IMG/VR virus record: IMGVR_UViG_3300045988_121005
Origin: a virus
Length of the DNA: 64,000 nt
Direction: 5' to 3' (one strand)
Shown here piece by piece: positions 48,251 through 56,666 of this stretch. A program made the translations under genes and the position numbers. The stretch's first letter is position 1. The number at the start of each line of letters is the position of its first letter. The notes beneath the pieces were generated by a model. It was not told where the DNA came from. It made no database searches and was given only the letters and a program-made list of their open reading frames with translations.

Positions 48251-48746
48251 CAGCCCGTAATTAGTACGTAGTTCTTGTGTACAGGCCCGTACTATGTTGT
48301 TATTATATTTTCCGTCTGCTACACAATTTAGCCACAAATAAAGGCGATTGTGTCCTTGCGTTTTGATACGGCACGTCCCTACATGGTAGGCTACATGCTT
48401 GTACCCTGTAATTTAATCTACAGCCTTGTTCTATTTTTCGTGTAAGCAAGTAAGACACGTTTCGATCTGGAGATAAACCTCATACAACGGCATGTTTTCC
48501 AAACTGTAATCACATACCTAACATAAATCACGCCTATTCGGGTGATTCATGCAGTAATACCAGCCCTTTAATTGCCAACGGCAAGGGCAACGGTATATCT
48601 ATCTCCAATATGTAAAATAACTCTCTGCTTGTCAGCTTCAGTCTAAAGCATACGCGGGACGTGCACCCACTGACAATGGCGTACAGGCGCGTTTTAAGGC
48701 ACGCGTAAAACCTTTGGAGAGCTTAACGGCGCTCTCCATGCCTTTG

Positions 48747-49349
48747 TTACTGCTGGTTGCTTTCATGTGCGAGGTATTCACTTACACACTTTGCCACAGT
48801 GCGAATAGAATAAGATTTGATCTTAACAGCCACATAAGTAGATTTGTACTCGTCGGTTTCTTTTATCAACCATTTAGTACTTTTTTTGGTCTCCAATGAT
48901 TCGGCAGTAGTAAAACCAAATGCTTTATATTCGCTACCGTAAACCACATTCTCGGCGCACCAATCAGCCGTTTTGGCTTCAATTCCTTTTTCTTTGTCTG
49001 CATTGGTATCTTTATACACTTTAGAGTATAAAGTAAACTTAACAAAAGTATTATCCACTTTAGGTAACATCTGACTACATACTGCCACCAGATTTTTTTT
49101 ATCTTTGGCGATGGCTGCTACCTTTACGGCGTATTCTGCCGGTATTTCCAAAGCCTTGCAAATAGCCTTAAGATCAGCTCCATTAGCAAATAGAGCGTTG
49201 TACAGTTTAACAGCACCTACCAAATTTGCAGCATTTTCTTTAATAACAGCATTCTGTAGTTTGTTTACATTTTTTTTCGTAATCATATCCAATATATTTT
49301 TAATTGTTAAACAAATGATATTCAATTTAATGACCCACAACGCAGGCAA
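48747..49349 (-). CDS. Hypothetical Lys/Ala-rich protein; the start is probably the internal MITKKN.
   Basis: ORF with a hairpin (GGAGAGC...GCTCTCC) just downstream of its stop. Confidence 0.5.
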   Translation of the reverse strand: MPALWVIKLNIICLTIKNILDMITKKNVNKLQNAVIKENAANLVGAVKLYNALFANGADLKAICKALEIPAEYAVKVAAIAKDKKNLVAVCSQMLPKVDNTFVKFTLYSKVYKDTNADKEKGIEAKTADWCAENVVYGSEYKAFGFTTAESLETKKSTKWLIKETDEYKSTYVAVKIKSYSIRTVAKCVSEYLAHESNQQ

Positions 49350-49683
49350 TTACAGATACATATATAATTCACCCAACGGGTACACTATATAGATTCACTA
49401 TGTTAACTCGTAATCTCTCTCGATCACGACGCAAATATACGACATTTGTCAATACTACAAATATATATGCTATCTTTTTTTTGTTAATTTGTATTAATTT
49501 CGATTCTATTATCTGATTATCAACAAGTTGTAGAACACACGAGAGCAGTATTATACGCGTACATTAATATGTAGGATATATGCTTATTTAAGTGGCTTAT
49601 AATCAATAGGTTATAATAATACATTGATTATCAATAATTTAAATAAGTGATTGATAATCAGACAGTTTGTAGGTTTAAGGTAA

Positions 49684-49735
49684 AAACGCGTTTACGGTTT
49701 TCAAGCGAAGGGGGTGTGGGGGAGAAAACGCGTTT
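49684..49735. promoter_or_regulatory. Two copies of the 10-bp perfect palindrome AAACGCGTTT, 42 bp apart.
   Basis: Copies at 49684-49693 and 49726-49735. Candidate dimeric regulator-binding sites. Confidence 0.4.
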
Positions 49736-49773
49736 CGGGGGCGGGAGGTTCGTGATAGGTACCCCCTCTCTCC

Positions 49774-49956
49774 CATCACATAAACATCTTTCATATCCCT
49801 CATCACATAAACATCTTTCATATCCCTCATCACATAAACATCTTTCATATCCCTCATCACATAAACATCTTTCTCATATCCCTCATCACATAAACATCTT
49901 TCTCATATCTCTCCCATCACATAAACATCTTTCATATCCCTCATCACATAAAAGTA
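49774..49956. repeat. Tandem direct repeat of about 27 bp (CATCACATAAACATCTTTCATATCCCT), roughly 6.5 copies. Iteron-like.
   Basis: Seen directly. Units are near-identical; some carry a 1-nt insertion. Confidence 0.85.
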
Positions 49957-50001
49957 TGGGGAACCTATCCAAAGTTCCCCATACTTATTTTACGACGGTA
50001 A

Positions 50002-50394
50002 TTATTTACTTTCCCATATTAGTTTATCTTCGGCTATTCCGATCTTTACTTCCTCGCACTTTCTTCCTATCCATCCATTGAGATACGAGAATGGTTCTGA
50101 GTTTTTTACTTCTTCTCCTAAGAAATTAAAAGCTTCAGTAGAAACATGGGATGCTTCATGGCGAACTGTTTCAAAATCAATTATTTTCTTATTAATAAAC
50201 CATATCAAAAATCCCGTATTAGGATTTAATTTACACCCTCCGTATGGAACGGATACAGTTACAGCCTTGCTATTATCTACGTAACTAAAATCGTTATTGA
50301 AACATTCTACCATGCCAGATACGTCTTTTCCTACGTATATCCACAGATTAAAAGGATAGACTTCCGGATAGAACTGATATAATTCACGCTTCAT
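50002..50394 (-). CDS. Small protein with an HExxH motif; putative zinc metallopeptidase-like.
   Basis: VRHEASHV. Last gene of a four-gene coupled operon. Confidence 0.4.
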   Translation of the reverse strand: MKRELYQFYPEVYPFNLWIYVGKDVSGMVECFNNDFSYVDNSKAVTVSVPYGGCKLNPNTGFLIWFINKKIIDFETVRHEASHVSTEAFNFLGEEVKNSEPFSYLNGWIGRKCEEVKIGIAEDKLIWESK

Positions 50395-51347
50395 TTCGAT
50401 AAAAGTTTTTTACTTTCAAGGAAGTCCTTAAACTGATCACTTGATACGTCTATAACGAATCCAGCAGCACCAGCATGTCCTCCACCACCGAATCTTTTAC
50501 TTACCTCACAGCAATCTACGCTGTCTTCTACGCATTCATAAAGAGAGAACCGTACTTTACCACCTGGCATGATACAAAATGGCATAAGGGCTTTAATTTT
50601 TCTACCGTCTAACCAGTCTCGTGTAAGAGAATCAAATACCTTAGAACTAAATTCGGTGGTATTCATCGCCACGACCTTCACCTCATCAACGTACGCTTCG
50701 AACGAATACGCACTTACCTCTTGTTCGTTTTTACCAGCCATGTAGTTAATTATAGCACGTCCTTCTTTAGCGAGATCATAAAAAATAAGATCAATTTCAT
50801 TGTCCTTCATATCTTCTTTAAAGTGATCATACAAATACGACAATGCTATTAATACATTGAGTCTTATTTTTGATCTCAAGGCATACTGGATAGCTACTAC
50901 CGTATCCCAGCCTAAACCGGATTCTTTATTCCACACATCGTAGTCTGACAGACACCGGACGATCGCCGGCACCTTCCCCATCAGCAGGTCCGAAGCCAGA
51001 GCGCACGCACCGACGCCGACTCTCCTAAGCCCTGGAACAGTGAATCCCCATGTCTTACTATCTTCGATAATTCCCTTATGATGATCTATCCACATCAGGC
51101 TCTTTCCTTCATCAAGCCACTTTTTGAAAACCGTTTTAGAATCGGCACCGAAAGACACATCAAGAACGTAAACAACATCTAAGTCACTCACCTTGCTGGT
51201 AACTTTCTTAACATCATCTTCATACGAATACGGGATATAAATAACATCCTTGTTTTTACTGTTTTCGTACATGGTTGCGATGGCTGCCGACACAACGCCA
51301 TCTAAATCTGATTTATGATAAACTATCGCCGTTTTTTTTACTTTCAT
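50391..51347 (-). CDS. DHH-DHHA1 family phosphoesterase (NrnA/RecJ-like).
   Basis: N-terminal HKSDLDGVVSA (DHH) and C-terminal GGGGHAGAAGF (DHHA1 GGGH). Confidence 0.65.
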   Translation of the reverse strand: MKVKKTAIVYHKSDLDGVVSAAIATMYENSKNKDVIYIPYSYEDDVKKVTSKVSDLDVVYVLDVSFGADSKTVFKKWLDEGKSLMWIDHHKGIIEDSKTWGFTVPGLRRVGVGACALASDLLMGKVPAIVRCLSDYDVWNKESGLGWDTVVAIQYALRSKIRLNVLIALSYLYDHFKEDMKDNEIDLIFYDLAKEGRAIINYMAGKNEQEVSAYSFEAYVDEVKVVAMNTTEFSSKVFDSLTRDWLDGRKIKALMPFCIMPGGKVRFSLYECVEDSVDCCEVSKRFGGGGHAGAAGFVIDVSSDQFKDFLESKKLLSK

Positions 51348-52188
51348 AATATAAGCTTGTGAATGTAATATTATTGTCTCCTTTATCTATTCTTATAATA
51401 TCGCTGTATCCTCTATAATCCTGATCTTTTTTAATACGAACCTTCAAAGTAGCTAAAGGAGGTTTACAGACAGGAGGAGTGTCAAACTCATCACTATAAA
51501 TATCTTGCAATTCAATTTTTATATTAAGATCAACTCCATATGGATTTTCAAGGATATATATATGATCGTTGTTTAGAATAACTATTCCTTCACTTGTATG
51601 TTCTTTGGACAATACATAATTTAAATCAAGATCTTTACCAACAAACTGAATAACATCCATATAGTCAATGCCGGCATTCTCAGCACATACCTTATCCGAA
51701 TCAGAGAACTGCCCTGGCAGACCACTGGCGCTTCCTACCATCAGCGTCATTGTCTCAATATCTTTATATGTTATACCATCCATCATCAACCTACAAGCAC
51801 CAAGTGCCTTATATACCATACCGGGATTAGGCTTCATCATCGGATCATATTCATCAATTGAAAAACACTCATAATGACCATACACTACTCCTCTTATACC
51901 TCTTTTCACTGCAAGATCATGAACGCATCTAAGGACATAATTTATCTTCGCATCAATATCTTCATCGGAAACAAACCCGACACCCACATCACATTGGTTG
52001 CTTATTATACCAAAGTATTTAACGCCATTTTGCTCCATAAGATCAAGTGCCCTATTCACGACATCTTGCTTAATCTTCATATCAGTAAGATCTTTTGCAT
52101 AAAGACCTCCAGATATGGTTTCAACCAACGTCCCGTCAAAATCAAATAGTAGTATTCTTTTGTTTTTAATATACAAATCTTTCATCAT
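51313..52188 (-). CDS. HAD-superfamily phosphatase (PNKP/HisB-like) with an extra C-terminal domain.
   Basis: Motif I LFDFDGTL, motif II IISNQ, motif III KPNPGM. Confidence 0.65.
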   Translation of the reverse strand: MMKDLYIKNKRILLFDFDGTLVETISGGLYAKDLTDMKIKQDVVNRALDLMEQNGVKYFGIISNQCDVGVGFVSDEDIDAKINYVLRCVHDLAVKRGIRGVVYGHYECFSIDEYDPMMKPNPGMVYKALGACRLMMDGITYKDIETMTLMVGSASGLPGQFSDSDKVCAENAGIDYMDVIQFVGKDLDLNYVLSKEHTSEGIVILNNDHIYILENPYGVDLNIKIELQDIYSDEFDTPPVCKPPLATLKVRIKKDQDYRGYSDIIRIDKGDNNITFTSLYYESKKNGDSLS

Positions 52189-52595
52189 TTTTCACTCCTA
52201 CTCTTTTTTATTACCCTAAACTGAAGACGGAATAGATTACTGTCTTCTTTTATAATATCATACACAGCATAAGAATTTTCTCCTATATCCCATCCAAGAT
52301 AATCGAGCAGGTCTTTTAAGTAAATCCTCTTGTATTTTACACCAAGGTTATTTACCTTAAACGATCTCTCGTCTTCAACATCAGAAGCAGCCAGATAAAA
52401 GACCGTATTTTCAACTCCTTCAAATATCTTCCCTTCTTCTAAGCCGATAACAACCGCATCCGTTACCCCCATCCAATTCAAATTATCGACAGAGATAGTC
52501 ATTATCTTACTTTTGCTGATTGACAACTTCCGGATCTTGCTTTCTTTAGTTTTAGATCCTAAAAAATCCGTACTGTTAAAAAAATCTACTTTCAT
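52185..52595 (-). CDS. Hypothetical protein (136 aa), first gene of the HAD/DHH operon.
   Basis: ORF; 4-nt overlap. Confidence 0.5.
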   Translation of the reverse strand: MKVDFFNSTDFLGSKTKESKIRKLSISKSKIMTISVDNLNWMGVTDAVVIGLEEGKIFEGVENTVFYLAASDVEDERSFKVNNLGVKYKRIYLKDLLDYLGWDIGENSYAVYDIIKEDSNLFRLQFRVIKKSRSEK

Positions 52596-52740
52596 GGTTA
52601 TAATATTTTATATTTATGTTGCAAACATACATAATAAATAATCATCAAAGAAATAAATAGGATTAAAATATGATAAAAAACACATAGCACTACGTATTTA
52701 ATAAAAATAAATCAATGACACAAGATAATAAAAATAATCA

Positions 52741-52748
52741 TATATTTG
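52741..52748 (+). promoter_or_regulatory. Candidate -7 promoter box TATATTTG.
   Basis: TAnnTTTG motif about 30 bp upstream of the ATG at 52780, in a divergent AT-rich intergenic region. Confidence 0.3.
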
Positions 52749-52779
52749 TCGGTATCTTAATCAATTAAAAATAAATGTC

Positions 52780-53436
52780 ATGGCAGAATCGAAAATAGTT
52801 TTTGTAACCTTCAATCCGGGATCAGGTGACGGTGCTCAGGCAGTCACCGTATCAGGTGAAAAATACGAAGGTCGTGTACAGCGCACGCAACAAGTAGAAT
52901 TTGGTGCCGAATCAGGCGGTGTTAAGAAAACTGCTACCATCAACCAAGCTGCGGCAGCTGAGTTTGTAAAAATAGATCCTACTGCATCCGTAGGGAAAGG
53001 AGGTGGTACTGTAACGATCAACGGTACAAGTAACTCAACTAAATTAACGTTCTCTCTAACTCCGGACGAGACTCATCCTCTGACGTTGGAAATACCTGCC
53101 AGTTATCAGGCGGCAGGCAAGGCTACCAGCAACGGCGCTGTTATTGCCGACGACCCTGGTGCAACAGGGGGCTTTGCTTTCAGTATCGTATTCTCCGGTA
53201 TTGCAGCGAACACTAATATAAACGATCTGGTAAATACTCTTAAGGTTACGGCCGCTGGTGGTCAGACAGCTAATACGGTTATTACCCAGACAGCAGGTGA
53301 TCCGTTCTTGGAAATAGACAAGGAGGTAATCAACTTGGATGCAAACGGTACTCCTCAGACTATCAATGTTAATGCTAACATCAGGTGGACTATCACACAA
53401 GCTGTTTCTAAGTTGGTAAGGACAGTAATGAAGTGA
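52780..53436 (+). CDS. Gly/Thr/Ala-rich protein (218 aa); possibly virion-associated.
   Basis: Isolated plus-strand ORF with a strong downstream terminator. Confidence 0.6.
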   Translation: MAESKIVFVTFNPGSGDGAQAVTVSGEKYEGRVQRTQQVEFGAESGGVKKTATINQAAAAEFVKIDPTASVGKGGGTVTINGTSNSTKLTFSLTPDETHPLTLEIPASYQAAGKATSNGAVIADDPGATGGFAFSIVFSGIAANTNINDLVNTLKVTAAGGQTANTVITQTAGDPFLEIDKEVINLDANGTPQTINVNANIRWTITQAVSKLVRTVMK

Positions 53437-53471
53437 TGTGATTATTCACGTCTGTATTGCTTATAAAAAAC

Positions 53472-53504
53472 AAAAAGGGACGTCTATTTGGCGTCCCTTT
53501 TTTC
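53472..53504. terminator. Bidirectional rho-independent terminator.
   Basis: AAAAA-GGGACG-loop-CGTCCC-TTTTTT between convergent genes. Confidence 0.75.
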
Positions 53505-53753
53505 TATGCATTGTATATAGTATTTATCTTTTTGCCTACTGACAAAAATCTTTTTGAAAATCATCTGTTTCCTGATATGGACTCTTTTCCCGTCATCTAA
53601 TTCTCTCCAAATTTCATTAAAAATCGAATCTATTAACTCCATAACCTTCTTATCGGAAACGAGATTCTTTCTACCGGGGCTAACCCATCCATCATCAGTC
53701 ATCTTACCGGCTATCCTATTAGCTATTCTACTTAATTCACGTGGGGTGCTCAT
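53484..53753 (-). CDS. Hypothetical protein (89 aa).
   Basis: ORF. Confidence 0.45.
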   Translation of the reverse strand: MSTPRELSRIANRIAGKMTDDGWVSPGRKNLVSDKKVMELIDSIFNEIWRELDDGKRVHIRKQMIFKKIFVSRQKDKYYIQCIEKRDAK

Positions 53754-54442
53754 TTCAATCTGTTTTTAAATATTCTACCTTTTTCACACTGAAGTATGCA
53801 GTCTCTCATGGGATGATCTTGTTCGTGATCGTCACACATCGGAAATTCTTTTCCATAGGGGAAAGCAATGTGCGGGCACTGCGCCCTGAACGCATCCCAG
53901 GCCGACTTCCTCACAGCCTCAGCTCCGGCACGCACGCCTTTCTCTCTTTCCTTGGCCGGGTCAGCATACACGTTTGAAATAGCTCTTTTCTTCCAAGTAA
54001 GCATATTGTAGTAAAACTTATCCACCAGTTTCCTACCCACTACATCAAACTTCTGTCTATGAATTAAAGGTGCGACCTTAACGACGTTCTTCCTATTTTT
54101 ACTGACATCGACATAAATCAGCCCGGCATAAGACGGAACTTCACTTACGTCAATCATATTAGGCGGACAGGCGTAGTAGAAATAGTTTGGAGGATAGCTT
54201 ATGACACCACCTACTTTAATAATGCCGTCTTTAAGAACCTTATGTTTTTTATCCTTTTTGAAGTCGTTAAAGAAATCTTGTTTAGACATCTTGACCTCTA
54301 CTTCATAAGCGTACAATGATCTTGTTATGGCCAGGAAGTCAGATTCCCAATCATATATATGAAGATTGTTAATAACATACATCGGATTACTTAACAGATC
54401 CCTATTAAGGATCTTAAGAATTTGTTGCTCTGGGTAGTTCAT
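53750..54442 (-). CDS. Hypothetical protein (230 aa).
   Basis: ORF; 4-nt overlap. Confidence 0.55.
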   Translation of the reverse strand: MNYPEQQILKILNRDLLSNPMYVINNLHIYDWESDFLAITRSLYAYEVEVKMSKQDFFNDFKKDKKHKVLKDGIIKVGGVISYPPNYFYYACPPNMIDVSEVPSYAGLIYVDVSKNRKNVVKVAPLIHRQKFDVVGRKLVDKFYYNMLTWKKRAISNVYADPAKEREKGVRAGAEAVRKSAWDAFRAQCPHIAFPYGKEFPMCDDHEQDHPMRDCILQCEKGRIFKNRLK

Positions 54443-54458
54443 TGTCTTACTTTTTTTA

Positions 54459-54530
54459 GAGGCTTGTGGCGGAATCGAACCGCCCTACGAGGTTTTGCGG
54501 ACCCCTGACTAAACCACTCATCCAACAAGC
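54459..54530 (-). tRNA. tRNA-Cys(GCA): tRNA-Cys (GCA).
   Basis: 72 nt. Acceptor GGCUUGU/ACAAGCC, T-arm GGCGG-UUCGAUU-CCGCC, anticodon loop CCGCAAA. Confidence 0.7.
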
Positions 54531-54533
54531 CAT

Positions 54534-54607
54534 GTAGCCCAACCGGGAGTCGAACCCGGAACTAAAGTTTAGGAAACTTTTGTTATATCCGTTTAACTAC
54601 CAGGCTA
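54534..54607 (-). tRNA. tRNA-Arg(CCT): tRNA-Arg (CCT).
   Basis: T-arm CCGGG-UUCGACU-CCCGG. Anticodon stem AAAGU/ACUUU with loop UUCCUAA. The acceptor stem contains several G-U pairs. Confidence 0.6.
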
Positions 54608-54674
54608 TTTAATGTTTGCTATGTTCACACACCGCAAACACTGAGATAATTAACATTTCCACAAAAACTTATCG

Positions 54675-54745
54675 TTATCCAAGGAGGATTCGAACCTCCG
54701 ATAACAGAACCAAAATCTGTTGTGTTACCACTACACCATTGGACA
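54675..54745 (-). tRNA. tRNA-Gln(TTG): tRNA-Gln (TTG).
   Basis: D-arm GUGU/ACAC, anticodon stem ACAGA/UCUGU with loop UUUUGGU, T-arm GGAGG-UUCGAAU-CCUCC. Confidence 0.75.
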
Positions 54746-54746
54746 G

Positions 54747-54820
54747 TGGTCCCGGAGGGATTTGAACCCACGATCTTGCGGTTATGAGCCGCCTGCTTTC
54801 ACCACTAAGCTACAGGACCT
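54747..54820 (-). tRNA. tRNA-Met(CAT): tRNA-Met (CAT).
   Basis: Acceptor GGUCCUG/CGGGACC, D-arm GCUU/AAGC, anticodon loop CUCAUAA, T-loop UUCAAAU. Confidence 0.75.
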
Positions 54821-54959
54821 TAAAAATATGCAGGAGTCTTCACAGACGCCTGCATATAACAGCTAAATATTAACTAATAATTATCCTAAAAACTCTCTCA
54901 ACGCAAAGTTAAGTACTAACATACAATATGGCAAACATTAAAGAATAAAAAGGATTAAA

Positions 54960-55697
54960 TTATTTCTTTTTCTTCTTCTTTTTAGCGTCTTTTACTCGTT
55001 CAGCTTCGTTTTCGGGCTCCACAATATCACCGGCTTCTTCCTGAATCACATCCGTCTCAGGAACAACATCAGACTTCTCCGACTCAGCCACATCCTTATC
55101 TGACTCCTCATCTTTATCCAATTCCGGCTCAGCGGAATCGTTTTTGTCTTTACCGATTATACCTATCTGGTAGCCTCTTAATTCTACTTGCATTAATTTC
55201 AGCTTCGATTCTAACTCTTGTATTGTTTTGGACCCAACCGAAACCTCGTTTTCCAAATCTCCGATTCTGATCCTGGCTTCAATCAATGCATTTGATTTCT
55301 TTTTTAATTCAAATGATATACTGTTTTTCTTTTCTTCCAAGTTACTGATTTTGTAATTAGCCTCATCAAGATCAGACTTAGCTTTGTCAAGATCAGCCTT
55401 GACCGCATCAAGTTCTTCCGTTTTCTTCTTGACGCTTTTTATCAGCTTTTTCTGATTTTCCTTCAAGGCGTCAATCTTTTCCTTAGACTCAGAAAGATCT
55501 TTGCCAATAGATAAAATCTCTTTATCCTTTGAAGCTATATCTGACTTAAGCTCTGAAAGCCTTTCCTTATAAGAATCAGCCTTATCCTGCATTTCCTCAA
55601 TTTCTTTTGCAAGATTTTCGGATTTAATAGCTTTCTCCCTGTACATTGACAGCTTGCTGTCTGTGATGAATGTAAAACCTAACATGCTCATTTTCAA
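54960..55697 (-). CDS. Coiled-coil protein with a poly-Lys C-terminus.
   Basis: Heptad-rich sequence ending KKKKKKK. Confidence 0.5.
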   Translation of the reverse strand: MKMSMLGFTFITDSKLSMYREKAIKSENLAKEIEEMQDKADSYKERLSELKSDIASKDKEILSIGKDLSESKEKIDALKENQKKLIKSVKKKTEELDAVKADLDKAKSDLDEANYKISNLEEKKNSISFELKKKSNALIEARIRIGDLENEVSVGSKTIQELESKLKLMQVELRGYQIGIIGKDKNDSAEPELDKDEESDKDVAESEKSDVVPETDVIQEEAGDIVEPENEAERVKDAKKKKKKK

Positions 55698-55709
55698 AAT
55701 ATTTAAACA

Positions 55710-56381
55710 TTACTTAACTCCAGAACTACCAAGACCTTTTTCTCCACGTTCATTTCCGTCTTCTACCTCAATATCTGTCACCTCTTCCAATACCATTTTG
55801 TATTGTGGAACGATTTCCATCTGAGCTATTCGATCGTTTTTATGGATTACGGTCGGTTTTTTATTGATTTTAGTAAGATTAACCATATACTCTCCTTTGT
55901 AAGTAAATTCGCATTTACCGGGCGCGTTAGTAACTACCACTCCCTCGTCAAAAGAGAATCCTGATCTTCCTTCTACATTCACGCACCATCCTTCTGGGAT
56001 ATTCAATTTGAATCCTGTTCCGATTCTAACAGAATAACCTTGATATAAGGTGATTGATTCAAAATCGGAAGGAACATCTATTTCCACTCCCATGTCATTC
56101 ATCATCTTCACCACTCTATATGCACGAATATCACAACATGCATCACCATCATGTTTGTATTCAGGTGCAACGACATCGGGATACATCTTCTTAATACCTA
56201 CCTGAACAGTCTTCTGATACCCTGGAGTCAAATACGATTCAGGTATTTTATTAACGACCTTATCTTCTTTTTTATGTTTGTTGTTCTTTTCAGAAACAGT
56301 ATCCTTCTTGCTATCTTCTTTTTCAGAAAGAAGTCTTTCAATATCTTCTAACTTATCCATGATCATATTTTTATAGTACAA
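55710..56381 (-). CDS. dut: dUTPase (trimeric dUTP diphosphatase) with an N-terminal extension.
   Basis: Motifs GDACCDIRA, GRSGFS and RIAQMEIVP. Confidence 0.7.
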   Translation of the reverse strand: MYYKNMIMDKLEDIERLLSEKEDSKKDTVSEKNNKHKKEDKVVNKIPESYLTPGYQKTVQVGIKKMYPDVVAPEYKHDGDACCDIRAYRVVKMMNDMGVEIDVPSDFESITLYQGYSVRIGTGFKLNIPEGWCVNVEGRSGFSFDEGVVVTNAPGKCEFTYKGEYMVNLTKINKKPTVIHKNDRIAQMEIVPQYKMVLEEVTDIEVEDGNERGEKGLGSSGVK

Positions 56382-56611
56382 TAAACAATACCTTCTTTTT
56401 TTATGTCCTTCGTTGATTCATAACACTCACGAAAAGTACTTATGTCTGCATCATTAGGATCATCGACCCACTCATCTCCTTGCTTATATTTTTCTCTGGT
56501 TTCTGAGTAGATCATACATAATTTATCCCCATGCTTCGCCATAATCCTTTCTTCTGTCACTTTCCTACGAAGTTTAATAAGGGGAAATCTTGTAACTATT
56601 TCTACCATCAT
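56363..56611 (-). CDS. Hypothetical protein (82 aa).
   Basis: ORF. Confidence 0.4.
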   Translation of the reverse strand: MMVEIVTRFPLIKLRRKVTEERIMAKHGDKLCMIYSETREKYKQGDEWVDDPNDADISTFRECYESTKDIKKEGIVYCTIKI

Positions 56612-56666
56612 TCTACACTATCTTTAAAAGCCCAAGAGATGTTATTCTCCTGGGCTGATGTTTATA

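Noticed and set aside
49774-49956. The 27-bp repeat array as a CRISPR locus.
   Set aside because: Units are directly adjacent with no unique spacers. It is a plain tandem repeat, so iterons or a VNTR are more likely.
49647-50081. Plus-strand 144-aa ORF spanning the tandem repeat (SHKHLSYPS x 6).
   Set aside because: Its translation is just the 27-bp repeat read in frame, within an otherwise non-coding, iteron-like region. It is most likely spurious.
54459-54820. The tRNA cluster as a prophage attachment site with a nearby integrase.
   Set aside because: No integrase, recombinase or excisionase-like ORF was recognised anywhere in the window. All four tRNAs are full-length and sit inside phage-like gene context.
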